NCBI GenBank assembly: GCA_031266295.1 | Contig: JAISBH010000157.1 | Span: 1-38,417, forward strand | From: Oscillospiraceae bacterium | Lineage (GTDB): Bacteria; Bacillota; Clostridia; Christensenellales; Aristaeellaceae | Reading direction: 5' to 3' | Length of the DNA: 38,417 nucleotides | Shown here: piece by piece, positions 18,141 through 27,079 of the stretch | How positions within the stretch are numbered: position 1 is the stretch's first letter | Layout of the letters: the number at the start of each line of letters is the position of its first letter | The notes under the pieces: model-generated | Databases searched by the model: none | Seen by the model: the letters and a program-made list of their open reading frames with translations, nothing else | Told to the model about the DNA's origin: nothing | Made by a program: the position numbers and the translations under genes

Positions 18141-19626
18141 ATGGTGGTAAAGCCGGCGGCAAAAATGATTTCACATGAACGTGGGCATATGCTGGCGTTG
18201 GTGTTCCGCGCCATGACGGTCGCAGTCGTTATGTTTGCGTTCATACCGACGGTGAATCCGATACGGTTCAGCGCGCTGATTAGCGGAAATGTTTCGCTGT
18301 TCACGTGTGTCATATCGCGCGGCGCGATAGTGACGCCGTTCACACGCGCCTTGATGCGGGGATGGATTAACGCCGGATTGCTTAACCAGGTGTATATTTA
18401 TGCTTTAGTGATGATGTTGGCTGTGGCTGCGATGGCGACGGGAGGATGCATGTCGCTGGGCAACGGGCCGCTGAGGCGGTTGGGCTGTCGTGTTGCGCTC
18501 GTTAGCGCAGGCGTGGGGTTGGTCGCTTTGCTGGCGTCGAGGATCACCGCCGCAATGTTTGCTTCGCTGGAAGAAGCGTCGCGGATTGAACCGCTAACGC
18601 CGATGGGGACATGGGTGTTTGCTGGTGTGTTTGCGGGTTTGATCGTCGTCTCCGTATGGATGTTGAGAATGGACAGGCGGCGAAACGCCGACCGCGCGTA
18701 CGCTCTCGAACCTTACGCCATGCCCGCTAAGTATTCGCTGTTCCTGATGGCGCTGCCATTCGCGGCGCTGATAGTTGTATTCTCATATTTACCGCTGCTG
18801 GGGTGGCGGTATGCGTTTTATGACTATAAGCCAGGCTTCGCGCTGACGGCGGACAGATTCGTAGGATTCAAATGGTTCGCGTATCTGTTCCAAAACGCCG
18901 CGACGAAGGCCGATATCGCGCGAGTGATGCGAAACACGCTGGCCATGAGCGGCATTGGGATTGCGGACGTCGTGGATACCGATGGCCTTCGCGATATTCC
19001 TGACCGAGATGAACGCTGCCGTACCGCGAAAACTAGTGCAAGGAATCACGACGATACCGAACTTCATCAGTTGGGTACTAGTGTACGCGGTTGCGTTCGC
19101 GTTGTTTTCAACCGAAGGATTCGTGAACTCGATGCTGATATCACTAGGCGTCATCAAAGAGGGTAGCAACTTCCTGATGAACGGCGCCAACATATGGCTG
19201 AAGATGTGGCTATGGGGCGTGTGGAAGGGCCTGGGATGGAGCGCGATCATATACGTCGCGTCAATATCGGGCATCGACCAGCAGCTGTATGAAGCTGCGT
19301 CTATTGATGGAGCAGGGCGGTTCGGCAAGATATGGCATATAACTCTGCCGGGGTTGATGCCAACATTCTTCGTACTGTTGCTGCTGTCGATCGCGAATAT
19401 GCTCTCCAACGGCATGGATCAATACCTAGTATTCCGCAACCAGATGAACAAGCAGACGATCGAGGTTCTCGACCTGTATGTGTACACGCTAGGACTCGCG
19501 TCAGGTGGTAATTCGAACATATCGCTGGCGACGGTCGTCGGGATGTTCAAATCCGTTATCAGCATCACGCTGCTGTTTGCCGCGAACCGGGCGTCGTTTT
19601 GGATTCGCGGGGAAAGCATTGTTTAG
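18141..19626 (+). pseudogene. LplB/YtcP-type sugar ABC permease, interrupted by a 1-nt frameshift near 18965-18966 and carrying an N-terminal polytopic extension of about 170 aa
   Basis: The frame of ORF 18063-19166 carries the family N-terminus (KYSLFLMALPFAALIVVFSYLPLLGWRYAFYDY...RNTLAMSGIGIA). The frame of ORF 18955-19626 carries the rest (TSWIPMAFAIFLTEM...IPNFISWV...YEAASIDGAGRFGKIWHITLP). Removing one G from GCGGAC restores a continuous protein. ATG 18141 is the suggested start because GGGAG lies 8 nt upstream. Confidence 0.6.
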
Positions 19627-19658
19627 TAGATAATGGAGTGACGGCTAGGAGGGGTGGA

Positions 19659-20582
19659 ATGGCTAGGCAGAGGCAAGCGGGCGCAAAACTTACCAGCGGC
19701 GACGCGGTGTTTCATTCAATCAACTATGCGTTTTTCGCGTTGTTCTCGCTGGCGTGCCTGTTTCCGTTCTATTACCTGTTTATCAATACGATCAGCGATA
19801 ACGAGCTGGTGCGAATCGGTGCGATCCGGCTGTATCCGCGAGGCATACATTTTGGCAATTATATCAAGCTGCTAAGCGTCGGCGACATCGGCCAGGCCGT
19901 ACTGGTGACGGTGGGACGATCCGTGCTCGGCACGGCGCTGATGATGCTAGCGTCGGCGTTTATGGGGTATCTGGTCACAAAACGGGAGATGTTCGCGCGG
20001 CGGCTTGTGTATAGAGCTGTTGTGATTACGATGTACTTCAACGCGGGGCTAATACCGTGGTTCCTGAATATGTCGATGCTGGGGCTGACGGGCAACTTCT
20101 GGGGGTATGTGATACCGTCGATAGTCGCGCCGTTCAATATCATACTGGTAAAGACGTATGTGGAGTCCATCCCGTCCGAGTTGGAGGAGAGCGCAAAGAT
20201 CGATGGAGCGGGATACTTCCGCATATTCGTCCGGATCATATTCCCGCTGGCGAAGCCCGTTCTCGCCACGATCGCCATCTTCGGCACGGTCGGGCATTGG
20301 AACAGCTTCACCGATTCCATCATACTGATGTCCAGCCAGCCCAAACTGTACACGCTTCAGCATCGGTTGTACATATACCTCACCTCGACGTCCAACCTGG
20401 GCGCGCTGATGAGCGCGGGCAGCGGCGGGAGTATATCGGAGGCGGCGATCGCGTCCACGCTGAACATGCGCACAATGCAGCTGACCGTCGCAATGGTGAC
20501 CATACTGCCGATACTTATGGTGTATCCGTTTATGCAGCGGTATTTTGAGAAAGGCATAATGATTGGAGCGGTGAAGGGATAG
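19659..20582 (+). CDS. LplC/YtcP-partner-type carbohydrate ABC permease (307 aa)
   Basis: EAA-loop region EESAKIDGAGYFRIFVRIIFPLAKP and six hydrophobic segments. ATG 19659 has AGGAGG 6 nt upstream. Confidence 0.85.
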   Translation: MARQRQAGAKLTSGDAVFHSINYAFFALFSLACLFPFYYLFINTISDNELVRIGAIRLYPRGIHFGNYIKLLSVGDIGQAVLVTVGRSVLGTALMMLASAFMGYLVTKREMFARRLVYRAVVITMYFNAGLIPWFLNMSMLGLTGNFWGYVIPSIVAPFNIILVKTYVESIPSELEESAKIDGAGYFRIFVRIIFPLAKPVLATIAIFGTVGHWNSFTDSIILMSSQPKLYTLQHRLYIYLTSTSNLGALMSAGSGGSISEAAIASTLNMRTMQLTVAMVTILPILMVYPFMQRYFEKGIMIGAVKG

Positions 20583-20629
20583 AACCGCCCGCACCGTTAT
20601 CATAATTAATTTATCAAGGAGGCAACTAC

Positions 20630-22324
20630 ATGAGCGCATCAAGGAAATGGACAGCCCTCGCGCTGACGTTCGCGCTGCTGACGGCGATGGCGGGAGTTGC
20701 GACGGCGGCTGGAACTCCGCAAGACGCGATCCCGCAGGATACCGTCACGCTGCAGGTATATTCGCAGCTGGCAAACTATGCAGGCGAACAAGTCGGCTGG
20801 TTCGGCAAGGTGATGCTGGACAGGTTCAATGTGAAATTGAACATAATCAACGAGGCTGACGGCACGTTTGCCACACGCATGGCTGCGCAGGATCTGGGAG
20901 ATATCCTTCTGTTCGGCAACGACGGCGACGAATACCTGCAGGCCGTCGGCGCGGGATTGTTGTTTGACTGGGAAGACGAGGATCTGCTGACGGATTACGG
21001 TCCCTATATCGCGGAGCACATGGAGAAGGCGCTGGCCAAGAACCGCGCTTTATCCGGCGGCACGCTGCATGGATTCGGCCACAACGTCGGCACATCCGTC
21101 ACCGACCATGAATCCTACTTTTATTATCCTGACCTGCGTTGGGACCTGTACAAAGCGGTAGGATATCCACAGATAGCTACGCTGGAAGACTATATCCCTA
21201 TACTTAAGGCGATGCAGGAGATCGAACCAACGTCCGAAACCGGCGGCAAGACGTATGGCATGTCGATATTCCCGGACTGGGACGGCGACATGGTGATGTT
21301 CGTCAAGGCGACAGGGGCGCTGTACGGATATGACGAGTTCGGCGTCGGTCTGTACGATGTGAATAGCCAAACGTTTGAAGGCGCTCTGGAACCGGGCGGG
21401 ATGTATCTGCGCTGCCTAGCGTTCTACAACAAACTGTACCGCGAGGGGCTGTTGAATCCCGACTCAATGACTCAGACGTTCAATGACGTAAGCGAGGATT
21501 ACCAGACCGGCGCGGCGTTCTTCAACCTGTTCAGCTGGATGGGCAGCGGGCTGTATAACTCGCAGGATCATCTGGCGGCGGGCAAGATGATGTACGCCAA
21601 GACGGCGGACGACGCGGTCAACCTGACATACGGTCTGAACGTCAACGGCGGAAACCGAATCTGGGCGATCGGCGCGAAGACGTTCTACCCCGAACTGTGC
21701 ATGGCGATCATCGACTGGCTGTCTACGCCGGAGGGCGTGATGACATACAACTACGGCCCGAAGGACGTTACCTGGGCATACAATGACGACAGCAAGCCAT
21801 ACCTCACGGAGTTGGGTCTGAAAACCAGCGCCGACAACACCACGCCCATGCCTGAACCGTATACGGGCACGTTCGATGACGGTTCGTTTAAGATGAACAA
21901 TACGACCTGGTCGGTCGACGCGAGCAACCCCGAAACAACAGGCGAGACATATAACAAGACATTTTGGGCCTCGACTCTGGAAGCCGAGCCGTCTGACATC
22001 ATGAAGGACTGGCAAGAGAAGACTGGGTCAAAGATAGCGGACGATTATCTTGAGGGCAGCGGGCATATCTCGATTGCTATCGGGACGAATTTCTCGTTTG
22101 CGCCGCGTTCCGACGAGCTAAATACGACATGGGCGCAAGTGATCACCGCAGTCAAGGATGGATCGTGGAAAGCCATTTACGCGGCGGATGACGCGGCGTT
22201 CGAGACCATCGTGGCGGATATGACCGCACAGGCCAAGGCGTATGGGTATGATCAATGCATCGAGTTTACCCAAGCGCAGGCGGAAATACGTAAGGCGGCG
22301 GAGAACGCAGCAAAGGCGGAGTAA
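20630..22324 (+). CDS. Large extracellular sugar-binding protein, LplA-like (564 aa)
   Basis: Signal peptide MSASRKWTALALTFALLTAMAGVATAAG. Size and position after the LplB/LplC-type permeases fit the family. AAGGAGG lies 7 nt upstream. Confidence 0.85.
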   Translation: MSASRKWTALALTFALLTAMAGVATAAGTPQDAIPQDTVTLQVYSQLANYAGEQVGWFGKVMLDRFNVKLNIINEADGTFATRMAAQDLGDILLFGNDGDEYLQAVGAGLLFDWEDEDLLTDYGPYIAEHMEKALAKNRALSGGTLHGFGHNVGTSVTDHESYFYYPDLRWDLYKAVGYPQIATLEDYIPILKAMQEIEPTSETGGKTYGMSIFPDWDGDMVMFVKATGALYGYDEFGVGLYDVNSQTFEGALEPGGMYLRCLAFYNKLYREGLLNPDSMTQTFNDVSEDYQTGAAFFNLFSWMGSGLYNSQDHLAAGKMMYAKTADDAVNLTYGLNVNGGNRIWAIGAKTFYPELCMAIIDWLSTPEGVMTYNYGPKDVTWAYNDDSKPYLTELGLKTSADNTTPMPEPYTGTFDDGSFKMNNTTWSVDASNPETTGETYNKTFWASTLEAEPSDIMKDWQEKTGSKIADDYLEGSGHISIAIGTNFSFAPRSDELNTTWAQVITAVKDGSWKAIYAADDAAFETIVADMTAQAKAYGYDQCIEFTQAQAEIRKAAENAAKAE

Positions 22325-22347
22325 GTCAAAACAACAAGGATACCGAG

Positions 22348-22385
22348 GAGCGCGTCGGCATTGCCACCGGCGCGTTCTTTATCTT
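22348..22385 (+). terminator. Rho-independent terminator
   Basis: 11-bp stem GAGCGCGTCGG / CCGGCGCGTTC (two G-U pairs), an 8-nt loop, then TTTATCTT. Confidence 0.7.
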
Positions 22386-22486
22386 AATATACCGGTACGA
22401 ATAAGTTGGCGCTCGGTTAGTAACGCAGCCTAATGTGTACCTATTGTCAAGTATGAATTTACCAGCCTCCAGATTGAAGGTTAATC

Positions 22487-22515
22487 TTGCGCAACCATGG
22501 AATGTTTGATATACT
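22487..22515 (+). promoter_or_regulatory. Candidate promoter for rhaB
   Basis: TTGCGC (22487-22492), a 17-nt spacer, then TATACT (22510-22515). Confidence 0.35.
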
Positions 22516-22568
22516 GTCATTTGTGCAAATATGCTGTTTGATCCATATCTAGTTAAGGAGGGCTGACT

Positions 22569-24074
22569 ATGAGCCAGCCTGTCAAGGGCGGACTGCGTGG
22601 ACTTGCGATGGACTACGGCGCGTCCAACGGCCGGGCGATTCTGGGGAAATTCGATGGTAGACGACTTGCGATCAAGGAGATACATCGGTTTGTAAACGAA
22701 CCCGTTCATCTCCCTGACGCGCTGTACTGGGACGCGCCGTTTCTTTACCGGCAACTGCTGGATAGTATTTCCAAGGCTGTGGCGTCAGGCGTCGCGCCGG
22801 ACTCGGTCGGCGTGGATACATGGGGCGTAGACTTCGGTTTGATCGACCGCGATGGTCGGTTAATAGGCAACCCCGCGCACTACAGGGACGCGCGCACCAA
22901 CGGCGTAATGGAGGAAGCATTCCAGCGTATGACCCGAGAGCGCATATTCAAGAACACCGGATTGGCGTTCCTGCAGATCAATACGTTATACCAGCTGCTC
23001 GCGATGGAGAATTCACCTCTGCGTAACGCCGTTTATACATTACTGATGATGCCGGATTTATTGACATATTTTTTGACGGGCGAACAGTGCGCGGAGTATA
23101 CGATCGCGTCTACCAGCCAGCTATGCAGCCCCGTTCAGCGCGATTGGTCGCGTCAAGTGCTAAACACATTCTCGTTGCCGCGCTCATGGTTCCCCGATAT
23201 AACCGAGCCTGGCAGCATACATGGCGCGACGCGCGACGCCGTCAATCAGCAGCTGGGCTTGCGCAAACCCATCCCCGTTGCGGCAGTCGGCTCGCATGAC
23301 ACGGCCTCGGCGGTGTGCGCGCTACCTGTGGATGAGAAGCTGGGCGGCAGATTCGCCTATATCAGCTCCGGAACATGGTCCCTGCTGGGTGCGGACACGG
23401 ATAAACCCATCGTCAGCGACGCTGTGCTAGCCGCCAATTATACCAACGAAGGCGGGGTGTTCGGTAAGACGCGCGTGCTGAAGAATATCATGGGGCTGTG
23501 GATACTGCAGGAATGCCGTCGTGTATGGCAGCGCGAGGGTATAATGGACACCTTCGCGATACTGGCGGAGAAGGCCGATCGTGAGAAGCCGTTCCTGGCG
23601 TTCTTCGATCCGGACGACGAGCAGTTCCTGCCGCCGGGTGATATGCCCAAGCGAATCCGTCAGACTTGCGTCATAACGAACCAGCCCATTCCCGAGACAC
23701 CGGCGCAGATCGCGCGCGTCGTTTACGAGAATCTGGCGCTCAAGTACCGCTGGGCAATGGAACAACTCAGCCGTGAGATACTGGGTGAGAGAATCGAGCG
23801 CGTCTACATCGTTGGCGGCGGCAGCAACAATACGTTGCTCAACCGCATGACCGCGCAGTCGCTAGGCGTGCCCGTATACACCGGACCGGGCGAGGCTACC
23901 GCGATAGGCAACCTGCTGATGCAGGCGACAGCGCTGGGCGAGCTGAAAGGGTTGAACGAGATACGCGCCGTCGTGCGGGCGTCGTTTGCGCCGAGATTGT
24001 ATGAGCCGTCAGACCATGACGCGTGGGACGACGCGTACGCGCGGTTCCTCAAGACGACCGGCCTTCCCGCGTGA
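22569..24074 (+). CDS. rhaB: Rhamnulokinase (FGGY family)
   Basis: Collinear with E. coli RhaB as recalled: DYGASNGR, EIHRF, DTWGVDFGLID, YRDARTNG, NTLYQL, SHDTASAV, SSGTWSL, NEGG and VLKNIMGLW. GGAGG lies 8 nt upstream. Confidence 0.9.
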   Translation: MSQPVKGGLRGLAMDYGASNGRAILGKFDGRRLAIKEIHRFVNEPVHLPDALYWDAPFLYRQLLDSISKAVASGVAPDSVGVDTWGVDFGLIDRDGRLIGNPAHYRDARTNGVMEEAFQRMTRERIFKNTGLAFLQINTLYQLLAMENSPLRNAVYTLLMMPDLLTYFLTGEQCAEYTIASTSQLCSPVQRDWSRQVLNTFSLPRSWFPDITEPGSIHGATRDAVNQQLGLRKPIPVAAVGSHDTASAVCALPVDEKLGGRFAYISSGTWSLLGADTDKPIVSDAVLAANYTNEGGVFGKTRVLKNIMGLWILQECRRVWQREGIMDTFAILAEKADREKPFLAFFDPDDEQFLPPGDMPKRIRQTCVITNQPIPETPAQIARVVYENLALKYRWAMEQLSREILGERIERVYIVGGGSNNTLLNRMTAQSLGVPVYTGPGEATAIGNLLMQATALGELKGLNEIRAVVRASFAPRLYEPSDHDAWDDAYARFLKTTGLPA

Positions 24075-24451
24075 GCAACGAGTCTCCCGCCGACGCTCAC
24101 TTGCTGAGCGGGCAGGCGCTGGCGTACGTGGGGGATTCAGTACACGACCTGCACGTAAGGACGCGGGCCGTGCAATCTGGCGCACCAATCGGAGCGGTTC
24201 ACCGGGCGGTAGTCGAACGGGTGCGCTGCGCCGCGCAGTCGGACGGGCTGAACCGGATCGAACCGCTGTTGACGCCGGAGGAACTAGCCATAGTCAAGCG
24301 TGGCCGGAACAGTCACTCACATCATGCCAGGCCGCGCGGCACGACGCCGATGGACTACTCCCGCGCAACCGGGCTTGAGGCGTTGCTTGGATATCTGTAT
24401 CTGACCGGGTGTGAAGCTAGGATCAACGCGCTGCTGGACGCACTGGAATAA
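24071..24451 (+). CDS. mrnC: Mini-ribonuclease III
   Basis: LAYVGDSVHDLHVR, KRGRNSHS and TGLEALLGYLYL fit the Mini-III family. GTG 24071 overlaps the rhaB stop as GTGA. The track ATG 24023 lies inside rhaB. The position upstream of rlmB matches B. subtilis. Confidence 0.8.
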   Translation: MSNESPADAHLLSGQALAYVGDSVHDLHVRTRAVQSGAPIGAVHRAVVERVRCAAQSDGLNRIEPLLTPEELAIVKRGRNSHSHHARPRGTTPMDYSRATGLEALLGYLYLTGCEARINALLDALE

Positions 24452-24500
24452 CCCTAACGAAATCAACGCCGCCGGACGAACCGTCCGGTATGGAGGAAAG

Positions 24501-25766
24501 ATGCCAGACGGACGCGACAACAAACCGCGATACAAATCGAACCCTATCGACGGCAAGGATAACCGGGGCGCATACACCCCGCGAGGCGAGAATCGCGGTT
24601 CTTATAAACCCCGCAGTGGTAGCCACGACGGTTTCCATCCCCCCGCTCGCGAGGATAATCGCGATCGTCGGCACGAGTCCAACCCGCAGAGCAGCGCATT
24701 CAACCGATACAGCGATCGCAACAGTGTGCGCGTGATTGATCGCGGAGAATCTCATCGCGGTAAGCCGTTCGGCGATTCATTCGACAGACAGCCCAGACCG
24801 GATAAGCCGGACAGGTTCGACAGATCGGCAAGACCTGACCGGACGCCCAGACCCGCCGGATCGGACAGGCCGACAAGACCTGTGCGCTTCGATCAGCCGC
24901 CGCGCGGCGGACCGGATTACGGTAAGCGTCCCGCACCGCCGCGACCGATCGCACCCCGCGAGCCAAGCGAATTACACGAACCGCGTCGCGCGGGATTTTT
25001 CACGCCGACAGAATCGGAGCCTGCTCCGAATCTTGAGAATATCCTCTCGGGACGCAACCCTATTCGTGAGGCGCTGCGCGCCGGACGCGATCTGGAGAAG
25101 CTGATGGTCGCAAAGGGCGATCTATCCGGCTCCGCGCGCGAGATAGTTGCAATGGCGCGCGAAAAAGGCGTACCCATCCACGAGGTGGACCGCGTTGCGC
25201 TGGAACGGCTCAGCCCCGCGCATCAAGGCTTGGTCGCCATAGCATCTGCGTACAAGTATTCGTCGCTGGACGACATACTCGCCAGGGCGGCGGAACGCGG
25301 CGAGGAACCGTTGGTCGTCATACTAGACGGCATCACCGATCCGCACAACCTAGGGGCGATTATCCGCAGCGCGGAATGCGCGGGCGCGCATGGCGTGATC
25401 ATCCCTGAACGCCGCGCCGCAGGGCTGACCGCCGCTGCGGTCAAGGCCTCCGCCGGAGCGATTGAGCACCTGCCGGTCGCGCGCGTGACCAACATCGTTC
25501 GCCTCCTTGCTGAACTCAAGGAGAAGGGGCTGTGGATACTATCCGCGCACACGAGCGGCGAGGATTACACCGCGGTCGATCTCAGCGGCCCTGTCGCGCT
25601 GGTCGTGGGATCAGAAGGCGAGGGCGTATCCCGGCTGGTGCTGGAGAAGTCTGACAAGCGCGTAATGCTGCCCATACGCGGCCGCACCGAGAGCCTTAAC
25701 GCGTCCGTCGCGGCGGGCATCCTGCTGTACGAGGTCGTTCGGCGGCGCTTGGGATGCGGAGTATAG
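24501..25766 (+). CDS. rlmB: 23S rRNA 2'-O-ribose methyltransferase RlmB (SpoU/TrmH family) with an N-terminal Arg/Asp/Pro-rich extension of about 190 aa
   Basis: SpoU motifs LDGITDPHNLGAIIRSAE, LVVGSEGEGV and ESLNASVAAGILLYE. ATG 24501 follows GGAGGAAAG. Confidence 0.85.
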   Translation: MPDGRDNKPRYKSNPIDGKDNRGAYTPRGENRGSYKPRSGSHDGFHPPAREDNRDRRHESNPQSSAFNRYSDRNSVRVIDRGESHRGKPFGDSFDRQPRPDKPDRFDRSARPDRTPRPAGSDRPTRPVRFDQPPRGGPDYGKRPAPPRPIAPREPSELHEPRRAGFFTPTESEPAPNLENILSGRNPIREALRAGRDLEKLMVAKGDLSGSAREIVAMAREKGVPIHEVDRVALERLSPAHQGLVAIASAYKYSSLDDILARAAERGEEPLVVILDGITDPHNLGAIIRSAECAGAHGVIIPERRAAGLTAAAVKASAGAIEHLPVARVTNIVRLLAELKEKGLWILSAHTSGEDYTAVDLSGPVALVVGSEGEGVSRLVLEKSDKRVMLPIRGRTESLNASVAAGILLYEVVRRRLGCGV

Positions 25767-25815
25767 CGCCGCCCATTCAAGGGTGGATGGGGCGGGATTC
25801 ACGCCCCGAGTGGGC

Positions 25816-26334
25816 ATGAATCCCCTCCTGCTGGTAGACGGATACAACGTGATCGGGCAGTGGATGCGCGTGCAGAAGGAAGGCTGGCCGATCGACCAGG
25901 CGCGCGAGCGGCTGGCGCACCGATTGAGTGAGTATGCCGCGTTTGAAGGACTGGATGTTGTTCTCGTGTTTGACGCGACGCACAGCGACCGCCTGACCCG
26001 CACCGAGGAGAAGATCGGTTCGTTGACGGTGGTATTCACCCGGGCAGGCGAGAGTGCGGATCAGTATATAGAACGCATGGCGGATTCGGCGCCGCGCAAC
26101 CGTGAACTGCGCGTAGCCACCAGTGATTCTATCATACAGACAATAACGTTCGGGCGCGGCGCGACGCGCGTTCCGGCGCGCGAGCTGATACTGGCCATCG
26201 ACCAGAGCCGGGTCAAACAGCGCGCGGCCATCGCCGCTCCCGCTGTCCGTGGCGTCAAGGCGTACCCGATATATCAGCGGCTGCCGCCCGAACAGCAGGC
26301 GGCCCTTGAAAGGCTGCGCAGGGGGGAGAAGTAG
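25816..26334 (+). CDS. yacP: NYN-domain ribonuclease YacP/Rae1 family
   Basis: MNPLLLVDGYNVIGQW is the typical family N-terminus, and VATSDSIIQ is also present. The position between rlmB and sigH is conserved. Confidence 0.8.
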   Translation: MNPLLLVDGYNVIGQWMRVQKEGWPIDQARERLAHRLSEYAAFEGLDVVLVFDATHSDRLTRTEEKIGSLTVVFTRAGESADQYIERMADSAPRNRELRVATSDSIIQTITFGRGATRVPARELILAIDQSRVKQRAAIAAPAVRGVKAYPIYQRLPPEQQAALERLRRGEK

Positions 26335-26335
26335 C

Positions 26336-27043
26336 GTGTACAATTGGGACGGAGTTACAATCTCTGACATCCCCGTCTCCGACGCGTCCATACAGAGAGA
26401 GGCCGCGCCGCGCGTCCCGGGCGTGTTCGACCATTACACGGACGAGGATCTCGCCCTGCTCGCTCAGCGGGACGACGAACCCGCGTTGGAGTACTTGCTG
26501 GGCAAGTACAAAAACTACGTGCGATCGAAGGCGCGCAGTTACTTCCTTATTGGCGCGAGTCACGAGGACATCGTCCAAGAAGGCATGATCGGCCTGTTCA
26601 AGGCGGTGCGCGATTATCGGCCGGATAAGCTGTCCACGTTCCGCGCGTTCGCCGAGCTGTGTGTGACGCGGCAGATCATCACAGCCATCAAGACAGCCAC
26701 GCGCCAGAAGCATATCCCGCTGAACTCTTACATCTCGTTGAACAAACCCGTGTTCGACGAGGAATCCGACCGCACGCTGCTGGATCTCATCACCGAGGTA
26801 CGCGTCACGAACCCCGAGGATCTGGTGATAGGCCGCGAGGAGTTCTCCAAGATGGAGGGGCGGATAGGCACGATGCTTTCGCGGCTGGAGCAGGAAGTGT
26901 TGCTGGCATACCTGGACGGACATAGCTATCAGCAGATCGCGCAGGACCTGTCCAGGCACGTGAAATCGATCGACAACGCCCTGCAGCGCGTCAAACGCAA
27001 AATGGAGAAATTGCTTGAGGAGAAGATGCAGGCGGCGCAATAG
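26336..27043 (+). CDS. sigH: RNA polymerase sigma factor SigH
   Basis: EDIVQEGMIGLFKAVRDY...FRAFAELCVTRQIITAIKTATRQKHIPLNSYISLNKP is the near-invariant SigH signature. GTG 26336 follows GGGGGAGAAG. Confidence 0.9.
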   Translation: MYNWDGVTISDIPVSDASIQREAAPRVPGVFDHYTDEDLALLAQRDDEPALEYLLGKYKNYVRSKARSYFLIGASHEDIVQEGMIGLFKAVRDYRPDKLSTFRAFAELCVTRQIITAIKTATRQKHIPLNSYISLNKPVFDEESDRTLLDLITEVRVTNPEDLVIGREEFSKMEGRIGTMLSRLEQEVLLAYLDGHSYQQIAQDLSRHVKSIDNALQRVKRKMEKLLEEKMQAAQ

Positions 27044-27079
27044 CGGCGCGCGTTATGCACAGCGAAAGGCGGTTATTCC

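Noticed and set aside
18113-18178. Short upstream ORF (ATG 18113, 21 codons) as a leader peptide for the permease operon.
   Set aside because: It has no RBS and no recognisable regulatory codon pattern, and it depends on a weak alternative -10 (TAGAAT 18100-18105) that has no -35 box. There is not enough support.
24700-24960. Short DNA repeats (ccggac, agacc, cgatc units) as a tandem-repeat or CRISPR-like array.
   Set aside because: The units are irregular in length and spacing. They lie in frame within the rlmB N-terminal extension, where they encode degenerate RPDR-type repeats. There are no spacer-like unique segments.
26255-27040. 261-aa ORF antisense to sigH. Similar long antisense ORFs occur at 32683-33558, 37183-37872, 7494-7976, 16036-16557, 20049-20642 and 11370-11990.
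   Set aside because: Each lies fully inside a gene with unmistakable family motifs on the other strand. The translations are Arg/Pro/Gly/His-rich with no recognisable motifs or RBS. This is the usual stop-codon-poor shadow frame of GC-rich DNA.
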